A stretch of 64,000 nucleotides of DNA from Methylibium sp. (GCA_035476815.1 DATILD010000017.1:332-64331); one strand, 5' to 3'; positions 9,998 through 20,270 are shown, counted from the stretch's first letter. Notes: generated by a model from the letters alone, not told the origin. Translations and numbers: made by a program.

Positions 9998-10960
9998 TCA
10001 GCTCGGCGCCGCGCGCCGGTGCGCGCGCGGCGAGCGGCCATAGCGCTGGGCGAAGGCGCGGCTGAAATGCGCGGCATCGCTGAAGCCATGGTCGTAGGCG
10101 ATGCGGGTGATCGTCTGCGCCGCACGGGCCGGGTCGCGCAGCGCGCGCTCGCAGGCGGCGAGGCGCTGGGCCCAGAGCCAGCGCGCGAGCGTGCAGCCCT
10201 CGGCGCGGAACAGCTGGTGCAGGCTGCGCGTGGACAGCCCCAGCTCGGCGGCGATCCGCGGCGGCGACAGCGCCGGGTCGTGCAGCCGCGCCAGCACATG
10301 GGCCTTGACGCGCGCGAGCGGCGCGGCGGCCGCGTGCGGCAGCGGCGCGTCGCCGCGCAGCCCGCGCAGGCCACCGGCCAGCACGTCGACGATCGCGTCG
10401 GCAATGTCGCGCCCGGCGGCCGGCGGCAGCACGACCGCGGTGTTGCAGGCCTCGGCGAACATCCGGCGCAGCAGCCGCGCCGGCAGCGCGTCGCCCGCCA
10501 CCGCGCTGGCGACCCGCGCGTCGCAGTCGCCGAGCCGGGCCACCAGCTCGCGGCGCGGGATGCGCAGCACCGCCTGCCGGTAGTCGGCATCGAAGGCCAG
10601 CTCGTAGGGCCGGCGGGTGTCGTAGATCGCGCACTCGCCGGGCTGCAGCCAGACCTCGCGCCCGGCCTGCCGCACCGCGCCGCGGCCCTGCAGTTGCAGC
10701 GCGAGCAGGAAAAACTCCTCCGCCGCGCGCGCCGTCTGGCGCTGCGAGCGCGTGATGAGCTTGCGGCCATGGCCGGCGGAGCGAAAGTGCGTCAGCGACA
10801 GGTCGGCCAGGTCGCGGTTCAGCATCGCCGCATCGAAGGCCTCGGGCTCGGCGATCTCGAAGCCGGATTCGACGAAGCGGTCGGACACCGCCTGCGTCCA
10901 GCCGGCGACGCGCCGGTCGGGCGGCAGCGGCAAGGTGGCGAAGCCGCGGTCCTGGACCAT
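9998..10960 (-). CDS. AraC family transcriptional regulator (FeaR-like)
   Basis: N-terminal AraC-binding-like domain (YDTRRPY); C-terminal double HTH ITRIAYDHGFSDAAHFSRAF. Confidence 0.92.
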   Translation of the reverse strand: MVQDRGFATLPLPPDRRVAGWTQAVSDRFVESGFEIAEPEAFDAAMLNRDLADLSLTHFRSAGHGRKLITRSQRQTARAAEEFFLLALQLQGRGAVRQAGREVWLQPGECAIYDTRRPYELAFDADYRQAVLRIPRRELVARLGDCDARVASAVAGDALPARLLRRMFAEACNTAVVLPPAAGRDIADAIVDVLAGGLRGLRGDAPLPHAAAAPLARVKAHVLARLHDPALSPPRIAAELGLSTRSLHQLFRAEGCTLARWLWAQRLAACERALRDPARAAQTITRIAYDHGFSDAAHFSRAFAQRYGRSPRAHRRAAPS

Positions 10961-11057
10961 CGTCGTGCTCCTCGTTCGGCGACCCGGGCGGGCCGCGGCG
11001 ATTGTGTCGCGCGGCGTGCGCGGGTGGAAGACGCGCCGTCGCGGCGCGTTCAGCGGC

Positions 11058-11321
11058 TCAACCGTGCCGCTCGTCCTGCGCGTTGGCGCCGTCGCGCACG
11101 GCCTGGCCCTGCACCGTGACGATCAGCCGCCCGCCCGCCCAGCGCATCCACCCCCGCGCGATATAGGCATCGAGGTGGCCGGTGGGGACGTCCGCGGTCC
11201 GCTGGCTGCGCATCAGCTCGATGGCGACCGGCAGCGAGCGCACGAGCTCGGCGTCGCTGGGTAGGGCCGGTATTGCCGCGACGGCGGCCGGGGGCTCGAC
11301 GATCGGAGGCAGGATGCTCAT
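11058..11321 (-). CDS. Small hypothetical protein (87 aa)
   Basis: ATGA overlap with the upstream protease gene; plausible globular sequence. Confidence 0.6.
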   Translation of the reverse strand: MSILPPIVEPPAAVAAIPALPSDAELVRSLPVAIELMRSQRTADVPTGHLDAYIARGWMRWAGGRLIVTVQGQAVRDGANAQDERHG

Positions 11322-12097
11322 GGTTCGGTCAGCGTGAGGAGGATGTCAGCGTACCAGGCGCAGTTCAGGCCCAGCGCCTCGTCCTGCAGACCGTCGCGGC
11401 CCGCCATGTCCATGCGTGCGGAGTGCACGCCCAGCAGCACCCAGGGCAGCGGCTCTTCGGCACTGCGCGGACGCGGCCCGTGCAGCAGCACCGGCGCGCC
11501 GCTGGCGCCGCGGTGCATGCGCGCGTCGGTGAGGAAGTAGCCATGGCCCTGGAATCGCAGACCCAGCGACGAGGCCAGCGCCGCCTGGCGCGCGATCGGC
11601 AGGTGGTGCACCGTGTCGTGGAAGGACAGCGGGAAGCAAGGCACCACCAGCTGGTGGCCGAGGTCCACGCCCTCCAGCGAGGGCAGCAGGTGTTCGGTCG
11701 TGAAGGCCTGGATCTGCGTGTCCGGCGGCAGCGCCGCCCGTTCGAGCTCGATGGCCGCGACGTCGATCTCGCCGCCGCTGTCGGTGCCCTGGTGCCAGAC
11801 GGACCGCCCGGCGCGGTAGAGCGGGATCGAGAAGCCGGTCACCCGCGTCATGTCGCTGGGGTGGAGGTGCAGCTCGATCTCGATCCGGTCGGGCCGATGG
11901 TTGGTGGGCCTGTCGATCACAACATGCCGGCTCGTGACGAGGTAGAGGCGCTCGTCGCGCTCGAAGAAGAAACCGCTGGCTTGCGTCAGCGGTCGCGTGC
12001 CGTCGAAGGTGGCGACGCGGGTCACCGCGAGGACGACCGGCTCGACGCCGCGTGCGGCGGCGGCGGGGGCCGCTACGCTCGGGCGGTCGGCACCCAT
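11318..12097 (-). CDS. Trypsin-like (S1) serine peptidase
   Basis: ASGFF, LVTSRHVV (His), IDVAAI (Asp), HRGASGAPV (Ser). Confidence 0.85.
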   Translation of the reverse strand: MGADRPSVAAPAAAARGVEPVVLAVTRVATFDGTRPLTQASGFFFERDERLYLVTSRHVVIDRPTNHRPDRIEIELHLHPSDMTRVTGFSIPLYRAGRSVWHQGTDSGGEIDVAAIELERAALPPDTQIQAFTTEHLLPSLEGVDLGHQLVVPCFPLSFHDTVHHLPIARQAALASSLGLRFQGHGYFLTDARMHRGASGAPVLLHGPRPRSAEEPLPWVLLGVHSARMDMAGRDGLQDEALGLNCAWYADILLTLTEP

Positions 12098-12113
12098 GCG
12101 GCCCTCGCCCGGC

Positions 12114-12371
12114 TCAGTTCGGCCGCCCGAAGCCCGGCGGCGGGCCGCGGCGGTCGAGGTGGCGGAAGGTGATGCGGCCCTTGCTCAGGTCATAGGGCGA
12201 CAGCTCGAGCTGCACCGAATCGCCCGCGAGGATGCGGATGTGGTGCTTGCGCATCCGGCCCGAGGCGTAGGCGACGAGCTCGTGGCCGTTGTCGAGCTTC
12301 ACGCGGAAACGCGAGTCCGGCAGGATCTCGCTGACTCGGCCCTGCATCTCGATCAGTTCTTCCTTGGCCAC
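12114..12371 (-). CDS. infA: Translation initiation factor IF-1 (paralogous copy outside the ribosomal protein operon)
   Basis: GTG start after an AAGGAGG RBS; [25 protein letters not shown]...[32 protein letters not shown]. Confidence 0.95.
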   Translation of the reverse strand: MAKEELIEMQGRVSEILPDSRFRVKLDNGHELVAYASGRMRKHHIRILAGDSVQLELSPYDLSKGRITFRHLDRRGPPPGFGRPN

Positions 12372-12664
12372 CCTGCCTCCTTCATCGGGACTTTCCGGGT
12401 GCAGGCGCGCGGCGGCGCCGGGCGTCTGCAGCGACACCAAGAGCTTCTTCGGAGGGATTTCGACCGGAGTCTGCCGGCGCGAACGCGCGCGGCAGCAAAG
12501 GAGGCAAACCGATCAGAGGAGTCCGTGGATGACTACCCCTCGATGATACGCGAGGCGCATGACGCGCCGCCCCTCGCGTGCCGATCAGGCCGCGAGCGAG
12601 CTGCGGGGGCGCAGGCGCTCGCGGGCCTCCTGGGTGATGCAGGGCACATGACCGCGCGCGGCCG

Positions 12665-12811
12665 TTGTCCAGCCCACGATCGGTGGTGCGGCTGCCGCTG
12701 GGCAGCGACACGGTCGCACGGATCGTCGAGAAGCACCGCGCGGTCGAGGCCGAGCTGGAGCGCTGGCACGCGGTGGCGGTGTCGACCGACCATGAGGACG
12801 TGGCGGCCTGA
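12665..12811 (+). pseudogene. 3'-terminal remnant of an SDR oxidoreductase gene
   Basis: Frame reads ..VVRLPLGSDTVARIVEKHRAVEAELERWHAVAVSTDHEDVAA*, resembling the typical SDR C-terminal tail (RLPLGSD...W..xSTD). No N-terminal Rossmann fold upstream. Confidence 0.6.
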
Positions 12812-12944
12812 GGCTCGCGGGGCCGCTCCCTTGAACCCAGGGACGACGCGCAATGCCCCGGAATTACGTGTCGTTACACTGGTCGTCACCACTTGGCGAG
12901 CCGCTCGGCGCACCAGGTCGGTCATACGAACAAGGGGAGGAAAG

Positions 12945-14132
12945 ATGCAAGGACAACGCTTCGGGCGCGAAGGCGCCCGCCGGTCTGGGCTGCGCGCCTG
13001 GCTGCTCGCAGGCCTCTGTGCAATCGCATTGGCGGCTTGCGGTGGTGGCGGTGGAGGGGGTGGCTCGGGCGGCGCCACGCTGGCGGTCGAGAGTCCCTTG
13101 CAGGTCGACAGTTCGACCTATGAAGGCGAAGACATCCCGAGCATCGTCATCCACCTGCGTGTCACGGCCCGCCCGGAAGCACTGGCCGGCAAGACCCTCT
13201 ACCTGGCCGCCGCGCTCCCGGATGCCGCGTTGTTCAACCCCACCCCGTTCGTGTCGATCGACTCGGACGGGCTCGGTGGGGTCCTTCAGCTGATCGGCAC
13301 CAAGGCACCGGTCGGCGCACGGGTCTACAGCGGCACGATCACCCTGCTGGCCTGCCTGGACGCGGCTTGCCGATCACCGCTCGAGGTGTCGAACGACGAG
13401 ATCCCCTATCGCATCGACGTGAAGCGGGGCTTGGTCCTGCAGACCGACGAGGTCCAGCTGGCGGCCGCCTTCGGTGTCGTGCCGACGCCCGCCGAGGTTG
13501 CAGTCCAACTGCCGGAGGACGTAGTGTCCTGGCAGGTGGTACCCACTCATGCGGCCGTCTTCAGCGTCTTCGACGTGCGCCGGGTCGAGGACGCCTCGGG
13601 TGCCCGCCTGAGCGTCGCGGCGCAGAGCCTCAGCCTACCTCTCACCGAGATGGACGAGTACGCGACCGTGACGGCCATCACGGCCAGCGGCGTCACCATG
13701 CGGCGCGCTCTGCACATGGTGCAGAGGACGCGCGGAGCCGGCACCCGGACCTTCGCCTTCCAGCGACCGACGGTGACGTTCGAGTTGCAGGCCAACGTCC
13801 CCAACGTCCACGCCCCGGTCTTTGCAGACGCGATGTTCACGCGCAGCGACAGCGACCGCTTCAGTTACGTCGGCACGACCTGGGAGTGGCCGGCCGCGGC
13901 CGACGGCCATCCTCAACGCACCGCCTGGCTGAGCGCCTACCTTCGCGACGAAGGGGCCACCGGCCGTCTACCGACCGAGCAGTACGGCATCGAGTTGTCG
14001 CCGAGCACATGCCCGGCGAGTGACTGCCTGCCAGCGGGCACCTACCGTGCCGTCATGCACTACCGCTACAGCCCGGAAGGCGAGTCGGTCAGGAACATCA
14101 ACCACGTCATCACGCTGGTGCTGACGCCCTAG
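12945..14132 (+). CDS. Hypothetical lipoprotein, beta-rich
   Basis: GGGGAGG RBS; lipobox LAAC followed by a poly-Gly linker; CLDAAC and CPASDC Cys pairs. Confidence 0.75.
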   Translation: MQGQRFGREGARRSGLRAWLLAGLCAIALAACGGGGGGGGSGGATLAVESPLQVDSSTYEGEDIPSIVIHLRVTARPEALAGKTLYLAAALPDAALFNPTPFVSIDSDGLGGVLQLIGTKAPVGARVYSGTITLLACLDAACRSPLEVSNDEIPYRIDVKRGLVLQTDEVQLAAAFGVVPTPAEVAVQLPEDVVSWQVVPTHAAVFSVFDVRRVEDASGARLSVAAQSLSLPLTEMDEYATVTAITASGVTMRRALHMVQRTRGAGTRTFAFQRPTVTFELQANVPNVHAPVFADAMFTRSDSDRFSYVGTTWEWPAAADGHPQRTAWLSAYLRDEGATGRLPTEQYGIELSPSTCPASDCLPAGTYRAVMHYRYSPEGESVRNINHVITLVLTP

Positions 14133-14174
14133 CGACGGGCGCGCCGGTCGGTCCGGATTCGCGGGATCGGCCGG

Positions 14175-14891
14175 TCAGGGCAGTGCAACGCGCTGCAGCG
14201 GGTAGAGCTTCTCGTCGAAGTCGCCGAGGCTCGGGAAGGCCAGCGGCTCCAGCGCGTCGAGGCCAGCGAGGCGCTGGCGGTAGTCATGCAGGATCTGCTC
14301 GCGCTCCCCCTGGCCGATGTAGGGCACATGCCAGCCGACGAAGGGCGGCAGCACGCGCAGACCGGTGTAGGCCAGCGTGCCGCGCAGCAGCGGGCGCAGC
14401 ATGTCCTCGAGCGAGCCGTGGATCGCGTCGTCGCCGAACATGTGCGGGCGGCCGCCGAGCGTGGTTGCGACCATCGCGCGCTTGCCGACCAGGCCACCGC
14501 GGTCGTAGAAGCGCTTGCCGCCATAGGTCAGGCCGGAGATCAGCACCCGATCGATCCAGCCCTTGAGCATCGCCGGCACCGAGAACCAGAACACCGGGAA
14601 GTTGAGGATCAGCAGGTCGCACCACAGCAGCTTCGCGACCTCGGCCTGGATGTCGGGCGCCAGCGTGCCGGCCTCGTAGCCATGGCGCTGTTCGAGCGCG
14701 TAGACCAGGTAGTCGGGGTTCTTGCGCTCGCCGAAGTCGGCCGCGCCGGCCACCGGGTTGAAGCCGTCGGCGTACAGGTCCGACACGCGCACCTCGTGGC
14801 CCTGGGCGCGCAGCTGCTCGGTCGCGACCCAGCGCATCGCGCTGCAGAAGGACTGCGGCTCCGGGTGGGCGTGGACGATGAAGACGTTCAT
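14175..14891 (-). CDS. NAD(P)H:quinone oxidoreductase, flavodoxin-2 (NQO/KefF/MdaB) family
   Basis: IVHAHPEPQSF, SDLYADGFNP, FPVFWFSVPAMLKGWIDRV. Confidence 0.9.
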   Translation of the reverse strand: MNVFIVHAHPEPQSFCSAMRWVATEQLRAQGHEVRVSDLYADGFNPVAGAADFGERKNPDYLVYALEQRHGYEAGTLAPDIQAEVAKLLWCDLLILNFPVFWFSVPAMLKGWIDRVLISGLTYGGKRFYDRGGLVGKRAMVATTLGGRPHMFGDDAIHGSLEDMLRPLLRGTLAYTGLRVLPPFVGWHVPYIGQGEREQILHDYRQRLAGLDALEPLAFPSLGDFDEKLYPLQRVALP

Positions 14892-15316
14892 CCGCGCTGG
14901 CCCACCGCCGCGGCGCGCGCCGCGATCTCCTGCGCGCGCAGCACGCTGGCCGGCGTGCCGGCGATGCCCCAGTGCTGCGGCGGGATCGGCCAGCAGCCGC
15001 CGCGCACCAGCGCGCGATCGACGCCGAGCACGCTGACCACCAGGTCGGTGAAGCCGGTGATCAGTGCCTGGCACTCCTCGACCGGCCGGCCCTCGAGCAC
15101 GAGGAAATGAAAGAACGGCGCGGAGGGCGCACCGTCGCTGACGAGCCGGCCGGCCACCACCGCATGCTGCGGCTGGTGCAGCGTGGCGGTGACGCGCACG
15201 CGGTCGAGCGGACTCTTCAGCACCTCGGCATAGAGCTTGGCCGAGGCGAGCAACAGCTCGCCGATCTGGTCGTCGCCGTGGCGGCCGGCGGTGAGGCGGT
15301 ATTCGAGGATGGGCAT
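14888..15316 (-). CDS. Tautomerase superfamily protein, two-unit beta-alpha-beta (142 aa)
   Basis: N-terminal Pro after Met (MPILEY); second unit LEGRPVEE...WGIAG. Confidence 0.8.
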   Translation of the reverse strand: MPILEYRLTAGRHGDDQIGELLLASAKLYAEVLKSPLDRVRVTATLHQPQHAVVAGRLVSDGAPSAPFFHFLVLEGRPVEECQALITGFTDLVVSVLGVDRALVRGGCWPIPPQHWGIAGTPASVLRAQEIAARAAAVGQRG

Positions 15317-15335
15317 GTGGGTTCTCCGGTCGGGG

Positions 15336-15386
15336 CTTCGACAAGCTCGGCCCGAACGGGGGCCGTTCGCCCTGAGCCTGTCGAAG
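15336..15386. repeat. REP-like inverted pair (CTTCGACA.GCTC.G.CGAACGG family)
   Basis: CTTCGACAAGCTCGGCCCGAACGG-GGG-CCGTTCGCCCTGAGCCTGTCGAAG: 24-nt imperfect inverted arms in an intra-operon spacer. Confidence 0.8.
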
Positions 15387-15391
15387 GGTCG

Positions 15392-16147
15392 TCAGGCCAT
15401 GCCCTTGCGGCGGCCGGCGTCCATGAAGAGGGTGCTGCCGGCCAGTGCGTCGGCCTCGGGCGCGAGCAGCAGCGCGACGCCCCAGGCCACCTGCTCGGGC
15501 GTGGTGAGGGCGCCGAGGGCCGATTCGCCGCGGTACTCGTCCATCGCCGCCTCCATCGTGATGCCGGCGCGCGCCGCGCGGTCGGCGGCGATGCGGCGGA
15601 GCCGCTCGGTGTCGGCCGGGCCGGGCTGCACCACATGGGCGGTGACGCCACGCGGGCCGTAGGCCCAGGAGTACTGGCGCATCAGGTTGGTCAGCGCCGC
15701 GTTGCCGACCCCGGCGGTCGCCGCCCAGGGGTTGGGCTCGGAGCCGTAGTGGCCGCCGATCGCGACCAGCCGCGAGCCGCGCACCAGCTTCTCGTCGACC
15801 GCGCGCACCAGCCGCATCATGCCGCCGACCTTGATGTTGACCGCGTCGACCAGCGCCGCGGTCGGCGCGACCAGCACGCCGCCGGCGGTGGCGACGCCCG
15901 GGCCGTGCACGACCATGCGGACCGGCGCATCGAGCGCCGCCTTGATCGCCTCGATAGCCGAGTCGTTCGAGATGTCGGCCGTGCAGGCCACGATGCCGGG
16001 CGTGGTCGCGACCAGCGAGGCCAGCGCGTCGGCCTTGCGGGCGACGGCCAGCACCTTCAGGCCCGCGGCGGCGAGGCGCTTGCTGATGATGGCGCCCATC
16101 GCGCCGGTGGCGCCGACGACGACGGCGATCTCTTGTTGTTCGCTCAT
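15392..16147 (-). CDS. SDR family oxidoreductase, atypical (no YxxxK)
   Basis: VVGATGAMG Rossmann motif, GVTAHVVQPGPADT; the usual catalytic position reads AGVGNAAL. Confidence 0.85.
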   Translation of the reverse strand: MSEQQEIAVVVGATGAMGAIISKRLAAAGLKVLAVARKADALASLVATTPGIVACTADISNDSAIEAIKAALDAPVRMVVHGPGVATAGGVLVAPTAALVDAVNIKVGGMMRLVRAVDEKLVRGSRLVAIGGHYGSEPNPWAATAGVGNAALTNLMRQYSWAYGPRGVTAHVVQPGPADTERLRRIAADRAARAGITMEAAMDEYRGESALGALTTPEQVAWGVALLLAPEADALAGSTLFMDAGRRKGMA

Positions 16148-16160
16148 GCTCGTCTCCTCC

Positions 16161-17246
16161 TCAGGCTGCCTTGCGGCCCACGTCCTTGGTGACGTCTTTC
16201 AGCAGGCCGCGTTCCTTGGCCATGCTCATCGCGGTGTCCTCGATCATGTCCTCCTGCCCGCCGATCATCTTGCGCTGTCCGAGCTCGACCAGGATCTCGC
16301 GCGCCGACACGCCGAAGCGCGCCGCGGCCCGCTTGGCGTGCAGCAGGAAGGTCGAGTACACGCCGGCGTAGCCGAGGGTCAGCGACTCGCGGTCGACGCG
16401 GACGATGTGGTCCATCATCGGCACGATCACGTCCTCGGCCACGTCCATCAGCCTGAAGAGGTCGACGCCGGTCTCCATGCCCATGCGGTCGCACACCGCC
16501 AGGAAGGCCTCGAGCGGCGTGTTGCCGGCGCCGGCGCCGAGGCCGGCCACCGAGCCGTCGATGCGGCTCGCGCCCTCCTCGATCGCGGCGATCGAGTTCG
16601 CGATGCCCATGCCCAGGTTGTGGTGGCCGTGGAAGCCGATCGCGGTCTCGGGCTTCAGCACCTCGCGCAGCGCGGCGACGCGGGCGCGCACGTCGGCCGG
16701 CAGCATGTAGCCGGCGGAGTCGGTCACGTAGATGGTCTGGGCGCCGTAGCTCTCCATCAGCTTGCCCTGCTGGGCGAGCGAGACCGGGTCGTTCAGGTGC
16801 GCCATCATCAGGAAGCCGACCGTGTCCATGCCGAGCTTGCGCGCGTAGGCGATGTGCTGCGGCGAGGTGTCGGCCTCGGTGCAGTGGGTCGCGACGGTGA
16901 CGCTGCGCGCGCCGCAGTCGTAGGCCGACTGCAGCTCGCGCATCGTGCCCAGGCCGGGGATCAGCAGCACCGAGATCCTGGCCTGCTTCATCTTCGGCGC
17001 GACGGCGCTGAGGTAGGCCTCGTTGCTGGCCAGCGCGAAGCCATGCTGCAGCGAGTTGCCGCCCAGCCCGGCGCCATGCGTCACCTGGATCAGCGGGATG
17101 CCGGCCTCGTCGAGCGCGGTGGCCACCTTGACCATCTGCTCGACCGAGATCTGCTCGCGCTTGGCGTGCATGCCGTCGCGCAGACACATGTCGTGCAGCA
17201 GCACCTTGCGGCCGCGCAGGTCGGGTTCTTGTCTCGTGCTGGCCAT
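16161..17246 (-). CDS. dmpG: 4-hydroxy-2-oxovalerate aldolase
   Basis: [55 protein letters not shown]. Confidence 0.95.
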   Translation of the reverse strand: MASTRQEPDLRGRKVLLHDMCLRDGMHAKREQISVEQMVKVATALDEAGIPLIQVTHGAGLGGNSLQHGFALASNEAYLSAVAPKMKQARISVLLIPGLGTMRELQSAYDCGARSVTVATHCTEADTSPQHIAYARKLGMDTVGFLMMAHLNDPVSLAQQGKLMESYGAQTIYVTDSAGYMLPADVRARVAALREVLKPETAIGFHGHHNLGMGIANSIAAIEEGASRIDGSVAGLGAGAGNTPLEAFLAVCDRMGMETGVDLFRLMDVAEDVIVPMMDHIVRVDRESLTLGYAGVYSTFLLHAKRAAARFGVSAREILVELGQRKMIGGQEDMIEDTAMSMAKERGLLKDVTKDVGRKAA

Positions 17247-18163
17247 CACGCGGCCTCCGTGGCTTGGGGCTTGATCTTCCCGGCGAGGATCTCCTCGCCG
17301 AACATCTCGGCGGTGCGGCAGGCCGCCGCGGTCATGATGTCGAGGTTGCCGGCGTAGGTGGGCAGGTAGTCGCCCAGGCCCGCGACCTTCATGAAGACGC
17401 TGACGCGCCGGCCGTCGAAGCTGGGGCCGTTGACGAGCTGGTAGCCCGGCACGTACTTCTGCACCTCCTCGATCATGGCCAGCACCGAGTCGATGATCAG
17501 CGCCTGCTTCGGCTCGTCGACCGTCAGGCAGTTGATGGTGTTGCGCATGATCATCGGCGGCTCGGCCGGGTTGATGACCGCCAGCGCCTTGCCCCGCTTC
17601 GCGCCGCCGACGCGCACCAGCGCGTCCGAGGTCGTGTAGGTGAACTCGTCGAGGTTGGCGCGCGTGCCCGGCCCGATGGACTTGGACGCGAGGCTGGCCA
17701 CGATCTCGGCATAGTCGACCGGCTGCACGCGCGACACGGCGTACACGATCGGGATCGTCGCCTGGCCGGCGCAGGAGATCATGTTGACGTTCATCGCCAG
17801 CTGGTCGGCATGCTGGCGCAGGTTGACCGGCGGCACGCACAGCGGGCCGATGGCCGCGGGCGTCAGGTCGATCATCAGCACGCCGAGTTCATTCAGCTTG
17901 CGCGAGTTCTCCGCATGCACGTAGGCGCTGGTCGCGTCGAAGGCGATCTGGATGCCGTCTTCGAGCACATGCGGCAGCAGGCCGTCGACGCCCTCGGCGG
18001 TGGTCTTCAGGCCCATGTCGCGGGCGCGCTGCAGGCCTTCGGACTGCGGATCGATGCCGACCATCCACACCGGCTCGAGCACCGTGCTGCGCTTCAACTT
18101 GTAGATCAGGTCGGTGCCGATATTGCCCGAGCCGATCAACGCGCACTTGATCTTCCTGTTCAT
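17246..18163 (-). CDS. dmpF: Acetaldehyde dehydrogenase (acylating)
   Basis: [56 protein letters not shown]. Confidence 0.95.
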   Translation of the reverse strand: MNRKIKCALIGSGNIGTDLIYKLKRSTVLEPVWMVGIDPQSEGLQRARDMGLKTTAEGVDGLLPHVLEDGIQIAFDATSAYVHAENSRKLNELGVLMIDLTPAAIGPLCVPPVNLRQHADQLAMNVNMISCAGQATIPIVYAVSRVQPVDYAEIVASLASKSIGPGTRANLDEFTYTTSDALVRVGGAKRGKALAVINPAEPPMIMRNTINCLTVDEPKQALIIDSVLAMIEEVQKYVPGYQLVNGPSFDGRRVSVFMKVAGLGDYLPTYAGNLDIMTAAACRTAEMFGEEILAGKIKPQATEAA

Positions 18164-18387
18164 CGATCCTCTTTCATCAGGTCGGTGGAGTTCGCGGCGG
18201 CAGCGCGCATCGCGGCGGTCTGGCCGCCGACCGCGAAGTGCTCCGACGCCATCTCGTGGATCATGATCCGCACCTGTTCGGGCCGCACGCCGAGGCTGCG
18301 GACCACCGCCTCGGTGATGGCCGCAACCGCGGCGCGCTTTTGCTCGACGCTGCGGCCCTCGAGCAGGTTCATCTGGATGATGGGCAT
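18160..18387 (-). CDS. dmpI: 4-oxalocrotonate (2-hydroxymuconate) tautomerase
   Basis: [17 protein letters not shown]...VRIMI.E....FAVGG. Confidence 0.9.
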   Translation of the reverse strand: MPIIQMNLLEGRSVEQKRAAVAAITEAVVRSLGVRPEQVRIMIHEMASEHFAVGGQTAAMRAAAANSTDLMKEDR

Positions 18388-18396
18388 GGCGGGCTC

Positions 18397-19191
18397 CTAG
18401 ACGAAGCGGGTCGAGACGCTGCCGAGCTCCTGGAAGCGCGCGATCACGCTGTCGCCCGGCTTCACGGCAATCGCCTCGGTGATCGCGCCGCTCATCACGA
18501 AGCTGCCGGCGGGCAGCGTCTCGTCGAGCTCGGCCAGCACGCGCACCAGCAGCGCGATCGCCTCGGCCGGATGGCCCAGCACCGCGCCGGTCGCGCCGGT
18601 GGCGACGATCTCGCCGTTCTTCTCCATCACGACGCCGAGCGTCGCGAGGTCAAGGTCGGCGGCATCGCGCGGCCGGCCGCCGGCGACAAAGCGCGCGGCC
18701 GAACCGTTGTCGGCCACGACGCTCTGCAGATCGAACTTGAAGCCGGTGAAGCGCGAATCGATGATCTCCAGCGCCGGGATCACGAAGTCGGTGGCAACCA
18801 GCACCTGCGCGGCGCTGCAGTCCGGGCCGCGCAGCTCGGCCTTCGTGACGAAGCCGACCTCGCACTCGACGCGCGGATGGACCATGTCCTTCGTCTCGAC
18901 CGCGGCGTTCTCGGCGCGCGCCATGTCGCTCATCAGGAAGCCGATCGAGGGCACGTCGACGCCCATCTGCAGCATCTTGGCCTTGGACGTGAGCCCGGCC
19001 TTCCAGCCGACCTGGCGGTGGCCGCGCGCGAGCCAGCGGCGGCGCAGCTCGAGCTGGACCGCGTAGCCGTCGGCCAGCGTCATCGCGGGGAAGTCGTCGG
19101 TGAGCTTGGGGATCGCAGTCGCGTCGAGCTGCGCCGCCTCGACGCGCTCGGCGAGCGCCACAACCTGATCGCGGTTCAGGGTCAGCTTCAT
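18397..19191 (-). CDS. dmpH: 4-oxalocrotonate decarboxylase
   Basis: [44 protein letters not shown]. Confidence 0.9.
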   Translation of the reverse strand: MKLTLNRDQVVALAERVEAAQLDATAIPKLTDDFPAMTLADGYAVQLELRRRWLARGHRQVGWKAGLTSKAKMLQMGVDVPSIGFLMSDMARAENAAVETKDMVHPRVECEVGFVTKAELRGPDCSAAQVLVATDFVIPALEIIDSRFTGFKFDLQSVVADNGSAARFVAGGRPRDAADLDLATLGVVMEKNGEIVATGATGAVLGHPAEAIALLVRVLAELDETLPAGSFVMSGAITEAIAVKPGDSVIARFQELGSVSTRFV

Positions 19192-19985
19192 GCCGCCGCC
19201 TTTCCGCGGAAGCGCGCACGGCACACGCCGAGCCTGCCGATGCGGCACACCAGCTCGTCGCCGCTGACCACCGGGACGAGGGCCGACTGCGAGCCCGACA
19301 GGATCACCTCGCCGGCCCGGAAGGGCAGGCCGAGCGTGCCCAGCGTGTTGGCGAGCCACACGACCGCGTTGACCGGCGAGCCTTGCACCGCGGCGCCGCA
19401 GCTGCTGGAGAAGAATTCGCCGTTCTTCTCGAGCACCATGCCGGCGAGCGTCAGGTCGAGCTGGCGCGGGTTGCCCTTGGCGCTGCCCAGCAGGAACACG
19501 CCGCAGGAGGCGTTGTCGGCGACGGTGTCCTGGATCTTGATGTTCCAGGCCTGGATGCGCGAGTCGACGATCTCGAAGCAGGGGGTCACGTAGGCGGTGG
19601 CGCGGATCACGTCGGTCGCGGTGATGCCGGGACCGATCAGGTCGCGCTCCAGCACGAAGGCCAGCTCGGCCTCGGCCTTGGGCTGGATCAGCGTGTTCAG
19701 GTCGACGCCGGCCTCCTCGGAGGTCACCATGCCCGAGGTGAGCTGGCCGAAGTCGGGCTGGTAGACGCCAAGGAAATCCTGCACCGGCTTGCTGGTGACG
19801 CCGATCTTCTTGCCGACCACCGTTTCGCCCTCGGCCAGGCGCAGCGCGACCATGTGCTGCTGGATGCGGTAGGCGTCGTCGATGGTGATGCCGGGCTCGC
19901 GCTCGCGCAGTGGGGCGAGCGTGCGGCGGGCGCGCAGGGCGGCGTGGAGTTCGGCGCCGTGGCGCTGGATGTCTTGTGGGTTCAT
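19188..19985 (-). CDS. dmpE: 2-oxopent-4-enoate hydratase
   Basis: GKKIGVTSK.VQ..LGVYQPDFG, QPKAEAE, EIVDSRI..W.IKIQDTVADNASCG. Confidence 0.92.
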   Translation of the reverse strand: MNPQDIQRHGAELHAALRARRTLAPLREREPGITIDDAYRIQQHMVALRLAEGETVVGKKIGVTSKPVQDFLGVYQPDFGQLTSGMVTSEEAGVDLNTLIQPKAEAELAFVLERDLIGPGITATDVIRATAYVTPCFEIVDSRIQAWNIKIQDTVADNASCGVFLLGSAKGNPRQLDLTLAGMVLEKNGEFFSSSCGAAVQGSPVNAVVWLANTLGTLGLPFRAGEVILSGSQSALVPVVSGDELVCRIGRLGVCRARFRGKAAA

Positions 19986-20011
19986 GGGTGTTGTTGTCGG
20001 GGGCGAGCGGC

Positions 20012-20240
20012 GCGGCAGGCGGTGCCCGGCAGGGGCTCATGCTGGGGCGGTCGGCGCTTTGCGCCGACTCCGCTGCGGTGCTCGGCTCGGGGTCGCGTCG
20101 CGAAACTCGCTTCGTTCGCTACGCTCACTGCGCTCAGACAGTCGCGACGAGTCAGTTCACGAAGCGCGCTTCGCGCGCCGACCCCGAGCCTGCGTTCCTC
20201 GCCGCCCCAGAAATCGCCCCCGCCGGACACCGCCTGCCGC
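20012..20240. repeat. ~230-bp self-complementary element, copy 1 (MITE- or structured-RNA-like)
   Basis: Ends GCGGCAGGCGGTGCCCGGC / GCCGGACACCGCCTGCCGC are inverted; inner stem GGCTCGGGGTCG / CGACCCCGAGCC; core CGCGACGAGTCAGTTCACGAAGCGCGCT. Confidence 0.8.
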
Positions 20241-20270
20241 TTCTCCAAGGCCGAGGCACCTGGGGGGAAA

